Source of the DNA: Mobula hypostoma
Taxonomy: Eukaryota
Assembly: GCF_963921235.1 (NCBI RefSeq)
Contig: NC_086097.1
Location: forward strand, 18,850,001 to 18,914,000
Direction: 5' to 3'
Length of the DNA stretch: 64,000 bases
In this document: positions 1 to 13,175 of the stretch, in pieces
How the letters are laid out: the number at the start of each line of letters is the position of its first letter
How positions within the stretch are numbered: the first letter of the stretch is position 1
The notes under the pieces: generated by a model
What the model was told of the DNA's origin: nothing
Database searches by the model: none
What the model saw: only the letters and a program-made list of their open reading frames with translations
Translations under genes and position numbers: made by a program

Positions 1-1250
1 CTGGACATCCGGGAATTCAATGGACTCAGGAGTTTATAAAGAGGCATTGGTAGTCATCTATGTCCCAGGACGTCCACGACTTTTTATCTGCCTGTCCCAC
101 CTGCACTCGGAGAAATGCATCACGCCAGTGTCCTGCAGGTCTGCTATGTCCACTGCCTGTGACTCACCAACCCTGGTCCCACCCCTCAGTAGATTTTATA
201 ACTGGTCTGCCACCGTCTAATGGAAACACCACCATTTTGGTCATTGTGGATCGATTTTCCAAGGCTGCCCACGTCATTGCTCTCCCCAAGCTCCCATCAG
301 CTCGTAAGACTGCCACACTCATGGTTCAACATGAGTTCAAGCTCCATCGCTTTCCTCAAGACATAGTGTCTGATCGTGGACCACAGTTCACTTCCCGCTT
401 TTGGAAGGCTTTCTGCTCTCTTGTAGGAGCCACGGCCAGCCTCTCGTCTGGCTTCCACTCCTAATCTAATGGCCAGACTGAGAGAGTGAACCAGGAGTTG
501 GAGACAACCCTGCGCTGTCTTGCCTCTTACAACCCCATGTCCTGGAGCTCCCAATTGGTTTGGGCAGAGATCGCCCACAATAATCTCCAGTCATCCTCCA
601 GTGACATGTCTCCCTTTGAATGCTAGAAGGGATTCCAGCCCCCGCTCTTCCCTGATCAGGAGATTGACGTAGGAGTTCCGCTGCTGAACAGCTGATCCAG
701 CGCTACGAGCGCCCTTGGAGATGAACCAGGGCTTCTCCACTGCACGCCCAGAAACAGCATTCGCAGCAGGCTGATCGTCTCTGTCGACAGGTAAGGCCAT
801 TCAAGCCAGGAGAGGAAGTCTGGTTGGCATCAAGGTATCTTCCCCTGAAAGTCAAGAACCAGAATTTGGCACCAATTCGTAGGACCATTTGTAGTGGAAA
901 AGGCTGTCAACAAGATGACCTATAGGTCGCGTCTACCAGCATCACTGAAGATCCACCCTGTATTCTATGTTTCCCAGGTCAAGCCGTTCACTACCTCTCC
1001 CTGGCCCAGTCACCCTACCTCCCCCTCCTCCCCGCCTAGTAGATGGTTCCCTTGTCCATACTGTGCGATGTCTCCTGGCATCTTGCTGGGTACGTGGTAA
1101 GGTCCAGTACCTTGTGGACTGGGAAGGGTATGGCCCAGAAGAACGTACTTGGATCCCGGTGAAGGACATCTTGGACAAGTCGCTGATCCGGGACTTCCAG
1201 CGGACACAGGTCTGTGGCGCCTCAGGGGCTGCGCCCAGAGAGGGGGGCTC
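1..1250 (+). mobile_element. Gypsy/Ty3 chromovirus-type LTR retrotransposon, 3' part of pol (integrase core plus chromodomain), degenerate
   Basis: ORF pieces [31 protein letters not shown]...[14 protein letters not shown] (rve integrase), [12 protein letters not shown] and [18 protein letters not shown] (chromodomain). In-frame stops and frameshifts are present. A polypurine tract agagagggggg lies just before 1251. Confidence 0.95.
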
Positions 1251-1677
1251 TGTCACAACCACGGATTCGGCAGCGCAGTAGATACGGCAATCGCACTTGT
1301 GACTTTGCATGTGTCAGCTAATTATTATTTAATCGTGATAGTACTTAACTCCACATTTGTCGTTGTAGTGCTTGTCGAGACTTGGACAGAGCATAGCAAT
1401 GCTTCGCTGCTGTTTTGCATTCGGCCTTCCCTGAGATATTGGACTTTCAAGTTAACTGACTCTGAAGACTAGCGGTATTTGTTTAATGTTTAGATGTTCT
1501 TTTCAGCTGCAGTGTAGGCTTTGTTTTCCTTTTGAGAGTTTTAGTTAATGGCTCTGTTTGGCCTAGCACTTATTGTTTTATTTTCCCTTTTACACTGTTC
1601 GTATTAAAGTCTGTGAACTATCGACCTGTTTCAGTGTCTCTCACTCTGCACTTGGGCCATATCCAAACCTGGTAACA
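1251..1677 (+). mobile_element. 3' LTR of the Gypsy element
   Basis: Starts TGTCAC just after the PPT, ends GTAACA (TG...CA termini), and has ATTAAA near 1603. Confidence 0.85.
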
Positions 1678-2188
1678 CTGACATGCCAGTCCACGGCCTC
1701 CTCTACTGCCGTGATAAGGCCACACTCAGGTTGGAGGAGCAAAACCTTGTATTCCATCTGGGTAGCCTCCAACCTGATGGAATGAACATTAATTTCTGGA
1801 ACTTCCAGTAATTGCACCTGCCCACCTTCACCATTCCCATTCCCCTCTCTCACCTCATCTCTTTACCTGCCTGTCACCTCCCTCTGGTGCTCCTCCCCCA
1901 TCCATTTGTTCCATGGTCCTCTTCCCTTTCCTATCAGATCCCCTCTTCTCCAACTGTTTATCTCTTTCTCCTATCAACTTCCCAGCTCTTTTCTTCACCA
2001 CTCCCCCATCTGCCGGTTTCACCTTTCACCTACCTCCTTGTACATCTTCCTCTCTTTCCCCCACCTTCTTGTTCTAACTTCTCATCTTTTTTTTCAGTCC
2101 TGATGAGGGGGTCTCAGCCCAAAACATTGACTTTTCCGTTGCTGCTGCCTTACCTGCATTTCCTTCAGGATTTTGTGTGTGTTGCTTG
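1678..2188 (+). mobile_element. Penelope-like element 3' fragment (end of GIY-YIG ORF, pyrimidine-rich UTR, decayed hammerhead)
   Basis: Translates to ..DMPVHGLLYCRDKATLRLEEQNLVFHLGSLQPDGMNINFWNFQ*, typical of PLE ORF C-termini. The motif agtcCTGATGAggggtctcagcccAAAAcattgac occupies about 2096-2131. Confidence 0.85.
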
Positions 2189-2189
2189 A

Positions 2190-2995
2190 GACTATTACTC
2201 AATGACAGCAAGACGAAGGAGATGATCATTGACTTCAGGAGGAGAAAACCTGCAGACCAAGAGTCAGACCTCATCAGAGGATCAGAGATGGAGAAAGTCA
2301 GCAACCTTAAATTCCTCGGTGTTATCATTTCAGAGCTCTTGTCGTGGGCCCAGCACGTAATTGCAACATAAAAAAGCACGGTAGAGCCTCTACTTCCTTA
2401 GGAGTTTGCAAAGATTCAGCATGACATCTAAAACTTTGACAAACTTCTAGAGTTGTGTATTGGAGAGTATATTGACTAGCTGTATCACAGTCTAGTATGG
2501 AAACACCAATGCTCTTGAAAGGAAAATCTTACAAAAAGTAGTGGATATGGCCCGGCCCATCATGGGTGAAGCTCTAACACCCAGTACATCTATGTGAAGC
2601 ATTGTCGCAAGAAGACAGCATCCTTCATCAGGGTCCCCCACCACCACCACCCAGGTCATGCTCTCTTGTTGCTAATGCCTTCAGGAAGAAGGTACAGGAG
2701 CTTCAGGACACACACCACCAGATTCAGGTACAGTTATTACCCCTCAACAAACAGGATCCCCAAAGCAAATATCCTTTTTCAGCTTCACTTGCCCCAACAT
2801 TACAATATTCCCACAACCTATGGACTTGCTTTCAAGGACTCTTCATTCATGTTCTTGATATTTATTGTTTATTTATTTCATTATTATTTATTATTATTTC
2901 ATTTTGTATTTGAACAGTTTATTATCTTTTGCACACCGATTGAACACCCCGGTTGTGTACTTGTGCATATGACAATAACTGAACTTTGACTTCGA
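2190..2995 (+). mobile_element. Rex1/Babar-type LINE 3' fragment
   Basis: LNDSKTKEMIIDFRR, FKFLG-like motif, HPGHALLLLMPSGRRYRSFRTHTTRF, and a short tandem tail gaactttgacttcga. Confidence 0.85.
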
Positions 2996-3599
2996 AGTCT
3001 GCTACAACTAGTGACATAGATATAGGAATGGAGTTGAGAGGGATAATAAATCAGCTATGATGGAATGGTAGAGCAGATTTAATAGGTCAAATCACTTAAT
3101 TCTGCTCCTATGCCTTATGGTCTTATGATATCTCAACCATTGACCCAATTCAGCACCATGGACAGCACAGACCCTCGCCACCAACCACCACTTGCAAGAA
3201 CTTTACAGGGCAAAAGATCCTCAATATACAATAAATCAGTTCATTTTTTGCTTGGTATGGCCAAGTTAGACAAGAGAGAAAAAGGCTGCACAATAATCTC
3301 TTTAAAAGTAAAACAAGACGGACTAGGTCCATAGCATGGAGGAAGGCAGGGACAGTGAGGGAATTAACTATACAGAAGACTTCAGCAAGCAGTGTCATTA
3401 TTTTGATGAGAATTGTGACAAAATAGGTAATAGTCAACTTAGGTATTTATATTCAGAACCAACAAGAAAAACAAATAGAAATAATGTTTATGACTTCATA
3501 TTCCCAGGCTAGAAGACCATGTTGAGAAAATACAAATAATGAAGACAAGCAATTTCACTGAAACAAAATTGTCTCTAAAGTATCTTACACATTGTATAA

Positions 3600-4715
3600 T
3601 GGTAATTCTGAAACTATGTTCTTCATTCTAGATAGTCCCAATTAGGGAAACATCCTGTCAGCATCCATCACGTAAATCCCCTCAAAATATCAATCATCTC
3701 CCATTTTTCTAAACTACAATGTGTGTAGAACAACCTGCAGCATCAATCCCATCTTCCCAGAAATCAACCTAATGAACCTTCTCTGTACTGCCTCCAATTT
3801 AAGTATATCCCTCCTTAAATATGGAGATCAAAACTGTACACCGTTGTCCAGCTGCCATCTCACCAGGAGTCCTGCAAAACTGCCCTATTTTTATACTTAG
3901 TTAGCTTTTGTAATAAAGGACAACTTTCCATGAGCCATTTTAATTGCTTGTTGTCTCTCCATGTCAACCTTCTGCATTTCATGCTCCACAATCCCCTGGT
4001 CAATGCCACATAGGAAATAGAAGCTGAAGTAGGCCATTTGGCCATTAAAGCCTACTGCACCATTTAATATGACAATAGCTATTCATCCAAATTCAGAATC
4101 CTGTTCCTGCTTTCTTCCCATATCCCTTGAGCTTTTAACCTTAAAAACCTATGCTTAACTTCTTCATGAATATAGTAAATAATTTGTCCCGCATTGCTTT
4201 TTTGCCACGGAGAATTCTGTAGATTTATTCCTCTCTCCTTTGTGTCGTCACTTGGGTTATCTGTTACTCTGAGACTAGGACTCCTGGCCTTGGACTTAAC
4301 TGCCATCAGGAGCATCCTTCCTGCATTCAGCGTCTATTTCTATTAATAGGTTCATGGTCCCTATATAACTCAATATTTCATAGTGTCACTCCACTCAATA
4401 ATTTGCATTTTCATTCATCCTTCCAAAGTGGATAATCTCACTTTATATTCCTTCTGTCAACTTTCTGCCAATTAACCAAGCTGTATTCCTTTGTGTCCTT
4501 CTCACAACTAACTCGTCTATCTCTTTATCTTCAACAATGTATTCAGCCTCTTCATCCAAGTCATTAATAAACATTGTAAACAGCTGAGTCCCCACAGTGA
4601 TCCCAACTAATACTGATCCCTGATTAGGAAATGAACCATTTATGCCAAATGTATTCTCATGGTTAGTTAACCAATTCCCTATTGATAATGTTATTTTGCT
4701 TCCAATTTCATACAC
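3600..4715 (-). mobile_element. Old, degraded CR1 LINE fragments
   Basis: Residual WLTNHE..GING, LFTMFINDLDEE and CR1 3'-region similarity on the minus strand. Confidence 0.7.
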
Positions 4716-4719
4716 TCTG

Positions 4720-5690
4720 TTGATCAGGCCATATCATTTGCATGCCTCATACCAGATGCCCATAAAAGACCATGAGACCATAAGATATGGAGCGTAGAAA
4801 AATAGAGGGCTATGGGTAAAGCCTAGGTAGTTCTAAGGTAGGGACATGTTTGGCACAGCTTTGTGGGCCGAAGGGCCTGTATTGTGCTGTATGTTTTCTA
4901 TGTTTCTATATTGGAGCAGATTTAGGCCATTTGATCGATCAAGTCTGTCCTACCATTTCATTGTGGCTGATCCAAATTTCCTCTCAGCCCCAATCTTCTG
5001 CCTTCTCACCATATCTCTTCATGCCCCGACCTATCAAGAATCTATCGACCTCTGCTTTAAATATACATAAAGACTTGGCCTCCACAGTTGTTTGTGTCAA
5101 AAAATTCCACATATTCACCACTCTCTGGCTAAGGAAATTCCTCCTCATCTCCATTCTAAAAGGATGCTTTTTTTATTCTGAGTCTGTGTCCTTTGGTCTT
5201 AGACTCTCCCACCATAGGAAGCATCCACTCCACATCCACTCTATCAAGGCCTTTCACCATTAGGTAGGCTTCAATGAAGTCACTCCTCGTTATTCTGAAT
5301 TCTAGTGAATACAGGCCCAGAGCCATCACAGATTTCAGACAATCCCTACTGAGCACCATCACATGATGTGATTAGCAGATGGACAATGGAAAAGATTCAT
5401 AGATGTTCTTAAAGCTTCCTTTAAAAATTGCAACATCTCCACTGACCTCTGACAATCCCCAGCCTGTGACTGCTCAAATTCGAGATGGAACATTTGGTAT
5501 AGTGGTGAGATCTTAAATCGAGTTTTGTTTAAGTGGGGGAAAGACAACAACATCTCACAAACTACAGCCCTACCTGGCTTGCATCTACTATTCTACATGA
5601 TAAAGAGCCGCCGTCTCCCACCTTGGCCTCATTAATCTCCTCATAACCTGAAAAACAAGAGTGGCAACACATTTTCCTTGAGGGAACTAC
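4720..5690 (+). mobile_element. RTE LINE 3' remnant interrupted by CR1 3' fragments (about 4765-5330)
   Basis: GHIICMPHTRCP before the interruption and GQWKRFIDVLKASFKNCNI after it. The inserted part has a CR1 (cataagac) tail and GLDRVDVE..PMVGESKT. Confidence 0.6.
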
Positions 5691-6009
5691 CTAGAGAAAA
5701 AAGAAAAAGATACGCACAGCAGGGAATTCAATTTGTGCCTGGTATAAAATGAGAGTTGCTCTTCATAGCAAATAACTGAGTGACTGAAGATAGTAGGAAA
5801 AACACAAAGCTGATAAATAATGTCACAGTAGACAGCAACAAAATTTGTGAGTAGCTGTGGGAGACTACTTCCAGTGACCAACTTGATTCAACAAGGAACA
5901 TCTGGGTTGATTTTTGTAAGAATGGTAACAGCAAGCTTCTAGTTCCTATTTATTCACACCTAAAATGCATAGAACTGAAATACTGTATGTGAGATGTTTC
6001 ACAATGAAT

Positions 6010-7032
6010 TTATTTATTTAGAGATACAGCACAGTGACAGGCCCTTCTGGCTCAGTGAGCCTGTGCTGCCGAATTACACCCATGTGATTGATTAATCTAC
6101 TACTCAGTAGGTCTTTGGAATGTGGGAGGAAACTGAAGCACCCATAAGACCATAAGACCATAAGACAAAGGAGCAGAAGTCGACCATTCAGCCCATCGAG
6201 TCTGCTCCGCCATTTTATCATGAGCTGATCCATTCTCCCATTTAGTCCCACTCCCCCGCCTTCTCACCATAACCTTTGATGCCTTGGCTACTCAGATACC
6301 TATCAATCTCTGCCTTAAATACACCCAATGACTTGGCCTCCACTGCCACCCGTAGCAACAAATTCCATAGATTCACCACCCTCTGGCTCAAAAAATTTCT
6401 TTGCATCTCTGTTCTGAATGGGCGCCCTTCAATCCTTAAGTCATGCCCTCTCGTACTATACTCCCCCATCATGGGAAACAACTTTGCCACATCCACTCTG
6501 TCCATGCCCTTCAATATTCAAAATGTTTCTATGAGGTCTCCCCTCATTCTTCTAAACTCCAAGAAATACAGTCCAAGAGCGGACAAACGTTCCTCATATG
6601 TTAACCCTCTCATTCCTGGAAACCTTCTAGTGAATCTTCTCTGTATCCTTTCCAACGTCAGCACATCCTCTCTTAAATAAGGAGCCCAAAACTGCCCACA
6701 GTACTCCAAGTGAGGTCTTACCAGCGCCCTATAGAGCCTCAACATCACATCCCTGCTCCTATACTCTATTCCTCTAGAAATGAATGCCAATATTGCATTT
6801 GCCTTCTTCACCACCGACTCAACCTGGAGGTTAACCTTAAAGAGGACTCCCAAGTCCCGTTGCATCTCAGAACTTTGAATTCTCTCCCCATTTAAATAAT
6901 AGTCTGCCCATTTATACCCAGAGGAATCCCACAGGGAGAACGTACAAACTCCTTACATACAGCAGTGGAAATTGAACCCAATTCGCTGGCACTGTAATGT
7001 GTTAGACTAACCGCTATGCTACCACGCCACCT
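6010..7032 (-). mobile_element. HE1/V-SINE-like tRNA-derived SINE split by a CR1 insertion
   Basis: tRNA-like head at about 6960-7030 (minus), V-domain-like ggagtttgtacgttctccc, and a CR1-like tail at about 6010-6060. Related copies lie at about 45380-45595, 50540-50745 and 53030-53195 (-) and 62955-63175 (+). Confidence 0.75.
6145..6915 (-). mobile_element. CR1 (HER1-like) LINE 3' fragment
   Basis: RDLGVL...LYRALVRPHLEYCGQFWAPY...RGDLIETF, a (cataagac)3 tail, and a flanking ACCCA repeat at 6140-6144 and 6916-6920 (possible TSD). Confidence 0.92.
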
Positions 7033-7529
7033 GAAGCTGAGATGGATTTTTACAACTTGTGGCATTGCTGAATATGTAACGAACCTCAGATCTTACTTAT
7101 TTGAGCACATCATGAGATGCAATGCATCAAGCATCTGTTAATTCCTCGATATCACCCTGCCTCTAAAACTACAGCTGAAAGGGTGTCACCGAACCCTTGT
7201 TCAAGCAATTTGTCAAAGTTTGTTCCAGTCTGACAATGAATGGTCAATGACCTAATTATTGCTTAAATGTTGTACAATCTCCTATCTTGCCACAAATTTC
7301 ATCCCAACAAAGCTGTTTGACTCAATATGGAATTCAAATGCAATTGAGCTTATTATAGTTTGTCCTGAGGAGAGAGTGGAAGGTTGTTATCTTTTGAAAC
7401 TTCAGAAACTAAGCTGGGATATGTTTTGTCTACTTAGAGAGGCGCTTGTATATGACTTGGTGGCAAAATTACGTTTGCCATTGACGTAATTCTTACATCT
7501 AACCTATAATGATGGATTCTTCCATCATC

Positions 7530-9525
7530 TGTCTGAGGTTGGCCTACTTTAAGTCCATTACTGATCTTCTTCTTGACCCAGTACAGTTTGCTTATAGAGC
7601 AAATTGCTCAGATGAGGATGCAGTTAACTTATGCCTTCATTGCATTCTTCAATATTTGGACACCCCAAACACTTATGTGAGGATCGTGTTTGTGGATTTT
7701 ATTTCCTCCTTCAACTAAGGCATAATGGCTGTTCTGGAGTTCTCCAGAATTCAGCTGGCTGTATCCTACAGCATCTGTCAGCACATTACAAATTTCCTGA
7801 CAGGAAGGAAGCAGTAGGTTAGGCTGGGCTCCTACTTGGCCGATCCAATCTCTATAAGCACAGACTCATGCAGGGCTGTGTTCTTTCAACCCTCCTGTTC
7901 TCATTGTATGTACCTCCACAGAGAAATCCACTTAAACCCTAAAGTTTGAGAATGACATGACTGCAGTTGGTCTCATCTCTAATAATGGTGTGATCTGCTA
8001 TCGAAGGGAGGTAGATGATCTTCCAGCATGATGTGCTCATAAGAACTTGGAGGTTAGTGCTATCAAGACAATAGAAATGAGGTTTGACTTCTACTGACAA
8101 CCCCCTACCTGCCTCCCCTTGGAAATTAGAGGTTAGGCTGTGTCTATGGTGGAGTTTTTCAAATTCCTGGGACTACCATTGAAGTGGGACAAGCACGTTA
8201 TGCTCATCACTAGGAAAGGCCAACAGAAATTGTTTTTCCTACGACAGCTTAGGAAACTTAACATCTTAGGGCGTACCCTGATGAACTTTTACTCATCCAT
8301 CACTGAGTATGTAACGCTCAGGTCTATCAGCTCGTGCTTATCTAGGGGAAACCCTGTCCGCCCACCCAACCGTGTCTCACAGTTGCGTAGTTGCTGTGTA
8401 ACGCCACCTGGTACAAACTCACACATCAAATATCAGACAGCACACGATGTATGATTTACAGATTACACTTCATAAATCTTACTGGAACCATATAATGAAT
8501 AGAGATACAGTATAAAAGGGAGAGTAAAAGGGGCCAAACTTATCAGAGATCAACCACTTCGTGAACAACCATTGGAGCTCAATTAACGGGGTCCTCGTTC
8601 CACCAGGCTAATCTCCTCCGACCCCCTCGACTCGCCGCTTGGGACCAACCACGGTGGTCGACCAGAGCGCGTCCAGCAAGTCCTTCTTCTTCGGGTCTCC
8701 TCCTGAAAAGCCCACCAAGCCACACGATTCCCAGCCATATGAGACAGAATAACGCCCACAAAAAGAATAACATGGACGCTCACTGGCTCGTTCCATCTCT
8801 TATCAATAATATAACCTAAACAAGCAGAGAGAGAGACAACTCCTTACATCGCAGTTATTATTACAGAAAAGCCACTTTATAGCCGTCACAGTAATTTAAA
8901 AGAAGAAACCCCTTACAAGTGTATTGTGACCACCTCTATCACCATTTGGTTTCCCACCACCTCCCCCCTCTCCGTCCAGGTAACAGCGAGTGGTCCACTC
9001 AGTGAAGAAGATCATTGGATGTCAGCTATGGACAATAAAAGACCTGTTCAACAGCAGAGAGGAAAAGAGCTGAGGAAATTACTGCTGACTCCACCCACTC
9101 TAGTAGTCTCCTATTCACCAAATTACCATCAGGGAGACACCACAAGTCCATCACCGCCAGGACCACATGTCATCCCCACAGCTTCTTTCCTGTAGCTATC
9201 CAGCTTTACAACAAAACTCACTCAGGTGTGATACCCTGACTGTCCCTGCACAAGGTCTGTTAAATGGTCTTTCCTGCTCTCCTTATTCTGTTGATAATTA
9301 TTGAGTCCGTTCATAAGTTCACATTTATTTAAGTTTGATTATTGATGTTTGTGCATGTGCATGATCTGCTAATTGTTGATTGCTCATGGCTATTTGCACG
9401 ATTATCTCATAAATTGTTGGTTGCTATTGTGTTGTTAGTTATGGTATTGTCCTGGGTTTTATGTTTGGCATCGGACCACAATCAGTTCTGGTATGTTTCA
9501 CATACTGGCAATAAAGTGACTCTGA
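7530..9525 (+). mobile_element. Rex1/Babar-type LINE (degenerate RT) interrupted by a solo LTR
   Basis: LDPVQFAYRANCSDEDAV...YVRIVFVDFISSFN, QGCVLS, FKFLG, QQKLFFLRQLRK. The reading resumes after 8917 (TTSITIWF). Confidence 0.85.
8310..8917. mobile_element. Solo LTR (Gypsy family related to the 18-21 kb element)
   Basis: TGTAAC...TTACA termini with near-identical 4-bp flanks agta/agtg. Shares blocks (cagacagcacac, ttggagctc) with the LTRs at about 18.0 and 20.5 kb. Confidence 0.75.
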
Positions 9526-9529
9526 TTCT

Positions 9530-10655
9530 CATAATGAATTATGTAAACCAACAAAGAACACTTAGTCAAACAATATATTTACAATATTACTCAAATATTA
9601 CTGAAATATTGATAAACTATAATCCTCCCTGCTTAGCTACAAACTCCAACTCAATATAGAATGCATTGCAACTCAAATATGTAACTTATTGCTCTCTGGT
9701 CATTAATATAGACATTCAAAGCAGAGCATATTTTTAAATTGTTCCATTGAGGTCAAAAGATTTAATTGCTGTGGAGGATTTCTTACTCTTCAGGGACAAT
9801 GTCTTTCCTGACAAGGGGATCATTCCATTTGGCAGATGAGACATGTGGCTGTGGAACAATCTCATGTTCTTCTGGGCCTCCTCTGTGGTGGTTATAGTCA
9901 TAGTCATAGTCATAGTCATATTTTATTGATCCCGGGGGAAATTGGTTTTCGTTACAGTTGCACCATAAATAATGAAATAGTAATAAAACCATAAATAATT
10001 AAATAGTAATATGTAAATTATGCCAGGAAATAAGTCCAGGACCAGCCTATTGGCTCAGGGTGTCTAACCCTCCAAGAGAGGAGTTGTAAAGCTTGATGGC
10101 CACAGGCAGGAATGACTTCCTATGACGCTCAGTGTTGACACTGACTGGAGGAAATGGTTCCGACAGCACTGGACAACTTTCTTCCCTAACAATTGACTAT
10201 ATTCTCCTCAAATGATCAATGTGTCATCTCCAGTCCATAGGAGAGAGGTCCAGTTCTGTCCTTAATCTTTAGAAGTAGCGACTTTTGATCTTCTCAGTGG
10301 TCCCTCGCCAGGACTGTTTGCCCAGGAGTGAAACAATGAACTTCCTCATTCGAGGAGCCTTCACTTTGCCTTGGCTCTTTGTCCTGCATACTCCCGAGAA
10401 TGGGTTTAAAGAGATCCTAGCATGAGTGCAAGGGACGACACAGGAACAGCATAGCTGCTGAGCTTCCGGTTGTGGAGGGTGCTGCATCGTGACATGCAAG
10501 GAGGAAATTGAACACTTTGGTTCTATGGTCAGCAGTATAGTGTTTCTGCTGACATTGCTTACAATGCGCTCTTTAGACTCTGTACAAAACTTTCCGACAA
10601 GCCACTTATAGCTGGGTGGTACTGTGCATGTCATTCATGCCTCAGCAATTCCATT
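9530..10655 (-). mobile_element. Gypsy LTR retrotransposon remnant (integrase C-terminal part, PPT, partial LTR) with an inserted LINE tail at about 9893-10138
   Basis: Frameshifted integrase motifs (equivalents of YHP.TNGL...FVQSLK and LDLFKP...VQDK). PPT-like aagcagggagga near 9625-9635 (minus). The inserted piece ends in (CATAGT)n. Confidence 0.7.
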
Positions 10656-10664
10656 TATTCTTCT

Positions 10665-13175
10665 GTAATACTGATGCATCTGACTTTAGCTTCTCCTTCT
10701 CAAATTGCAGAGTGAATTCTATCATATTATGATAACTGGCCCCTAAGGGTCCTTTAACTCAAGTTCTCCAATCAATTCCAGTTCATTGCACACCACCCAA
10801 TCCAAAATAGCTGATCTCCTAATCACAAGCTGTACTAAAAAGCCATCTTAGAGGCATTCCAGGAATTCCCCCTCTCGGGATTGAGCTCCAACCTGACCTT
10901 TCCAATCTACCTGCATATTGAAATCTCCTATGACTATCATAATATCGCCCATTTGACATGCATTTGCTATCTCCCATTGTAATTTGTAGACAGCATCCTT
11001 ACTACTGCTTCAGGGTCAAAGGTTCAAAAGTACATTTACAAACGTTTGTATTATCAAAATATACTACTCTGAAATTCTTCAATTCTCTGGGTAGCCACGA
11101 AACTAAGAAAGAAAAGAAAGGTAGCTTGATCATCAACCCCCCAAATCCCACCTTCTCGCCAAAAAATGGAACATGGAACAAGCACATCGCACCAAAACCC
11201 TACCCCTGCACAAAAACCAAGCAAAATGGATCAGGCACATCGACCCCCCCACCCCACCCAAATCCCTCCCCTACACAAAAAATAATGAGGAAAAAAAAGA
11301 TCAGGCACATCGACCTCAAAATCTCTCTTCCCACACAAAAAAAAACAAATAAAATGAATCAGGAACATCAACTCCCAAATCCCGGGTTGTTTTTTTTTAA
11401 CCAAAAAAAACCGAGAAGATCAGGCAAATAAACACATAATATAAAAACTATAAGAATAAAGTAAAAGAGTCAATAGTCCAAGTCCACATCCAAAACACAG
11501 AAAAAACCTAGGGAACAGTCTCTGGGTGCGGCAGCAGGCTCTCCTCTTTCTGGACAGAGCAACCAATCAAAAGACAAGCAGTCAGTACTCACTCACTATA
11601 CTCACCTCAATGCCTCAACCTCCCTTGTCTCTTAAGCGATCTCCAAAGTTTCATACTCGCCTTGAAGGTTCAATTGCCCTCGTTGCTTTAATCGGCACAC
11701 AATATTATTAGCAAAATGGAGTCAAACATTGACTTGCATGCCATTCTGCAGCCTTCTTGCCACCAGGTTCGCTCAGGCAGCCTATGTCTCCTGGAATCCT
11801 CTGGGAGACTGCAGAGCGCTGAACCACCCAAATGATCTTCAGACAGCAAAACACAGGCTCCAGAATCATATTCAAGACGAGAAACAAACATAAAAGACTT
11901 AAAAGAAGTGAAAAAGATGGTTTCATGATCTATTCAGAAGATGTCAACCAAAGGAGCACCATATGCAGGCGCCATATTGACTGGAAGACTCATGGTAATT
12001 TTCATCAGACTCATGGTCTGTATACAACTCCCATCAGGGTCATTTTTCCCTTTCAGTTCCTTAGCTCTAGCCATGGCAATTCAAAACCTTCTGATCCTAT
12101 GTCAGCTTGTTTGATTTCAATTTTTACCAACAGAGACACACCACCCCATCTGCCTTCCTGCCTGTCCTTTCAATATAATGAATATCCTTGGACATTAAGC
12201 TCCTAGATATAATCTTCTGACAGCCACGGTTCAGTGATGCCCGCAACGTCATACATGCCGATCTGCAACTGTGCTACAGGTTCTTCTACCTTATTCCATG
12301 TACTGTGTGCATTCAAATATAACACCTTCAGTCCTGTATTCATCACCCTTTTTAACTTTGTCCCCCTTTTACGTTGCAACTCATCCTGTTGACTACAGTT
12401 TTGCCCTATCATCAGTCTCTCCTTGCTAGGAGTCTCACTACATATTGTCGCTGTTGGCAAACTAACTACCTCATCCTCAGCACTATCACTCTGGTTTCCT
12501 TCTCCCTGCCAGGTTAGTTTAAACCCTCCCAAACAGCTCTATTAAAATAGCCCGCAAGGATATTGGTGCCACTCGGGTTCGGGTGTAACCTGCTCCTTTT
12601 GTACAGATTGTACCACAGGAGTACTCTGCATTGGCTGCCCATTTCCCTTCCTTCTCCCTGCAGTCACCCTGTTACCTGCTGCCTACATCGCAGGGGTGAC
12701 TACCTCCCTGTAGCTCCTATCTCTCACTTCCTCAGTCTCCCGTATTAGCTGAAGATCATCGAGATGCAGCTTGGTGCACCTGGTCCAGATGAGGTCATCC
12801 AAGAGGCTGGAAATCTCCAAGATGTCCCACATCTCACACACAGAACAATCACTGCCCCTGGAACCATTCTCAGTGCACTAACTGTGTCTTAACAAACGAG
12901 GAAAGAGAGTAAAGGGGACAAAGAAGAGCCTTATTAGATGCTTACCTTGCCCAAGTGTGACATCACCAAAACCTGATCAGCCAAAGCCACTCAAGCAATG
13001 GCCAATCCACTTGCCCTGCTTATTTTTATTCACCCTCTTTAATGAATCCCGTTCACTGACTGGGCACAGTCAAGCTCCAAATAACAGCTGCAACGTGCAG
13101 CCTTCTTAAACCTTCAGCTGTGAACCTAAGTGAAAACATATATTCTTGTGCTCCCGCTCGCTGATTGGGTGCAGT
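10665..13175 (-). mobile_element. CR1 LINE 5' portion (ORF1 remnant plus APE endonuclease), interrupted at about 11008-11985
   Basis: LKVLYLNAHSTWNKVEE...YDVAGITEPWL (endonuclease N-terminus). Collinear with the CR1 copy at 41.8-43.8 kb. Confidence 0.85.
11008..11988 (-). mobile_element. Non-autonomous LINE-derived retroelement
   Basis: The minus strand begins cttccagtcaatatggcgcc (LINE-type 5' motif), has a T-rich body with short internal repeats, and ends in a (ttgaacct)-like tail. It interrupts a CR1. Confidence 0.55.

Noticed and set aside
1812..2189. Leu/Ser/Pro-rich ORFs in pyrimidine tracts (also 14243-14590 and 30883-31280)
   Set aside because: They are compositional artefacts of Penelope-derived UTR sequence.
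9893..9920. (CATAGT)n and other short tandem arrays such as (cataagac)n, (attag)n and (cagaat)n as possible CRISPR-like or telomeric repeats
   Set aside because: They have no spacers and are the 3' microsatellite tails of LINEs.
10958..11431. 157-aa Lys/Pro-rich ORF
   Set aside because: It is a low-complexity reading of the A/C-rich strand of a repeat, with no recognisable domain.
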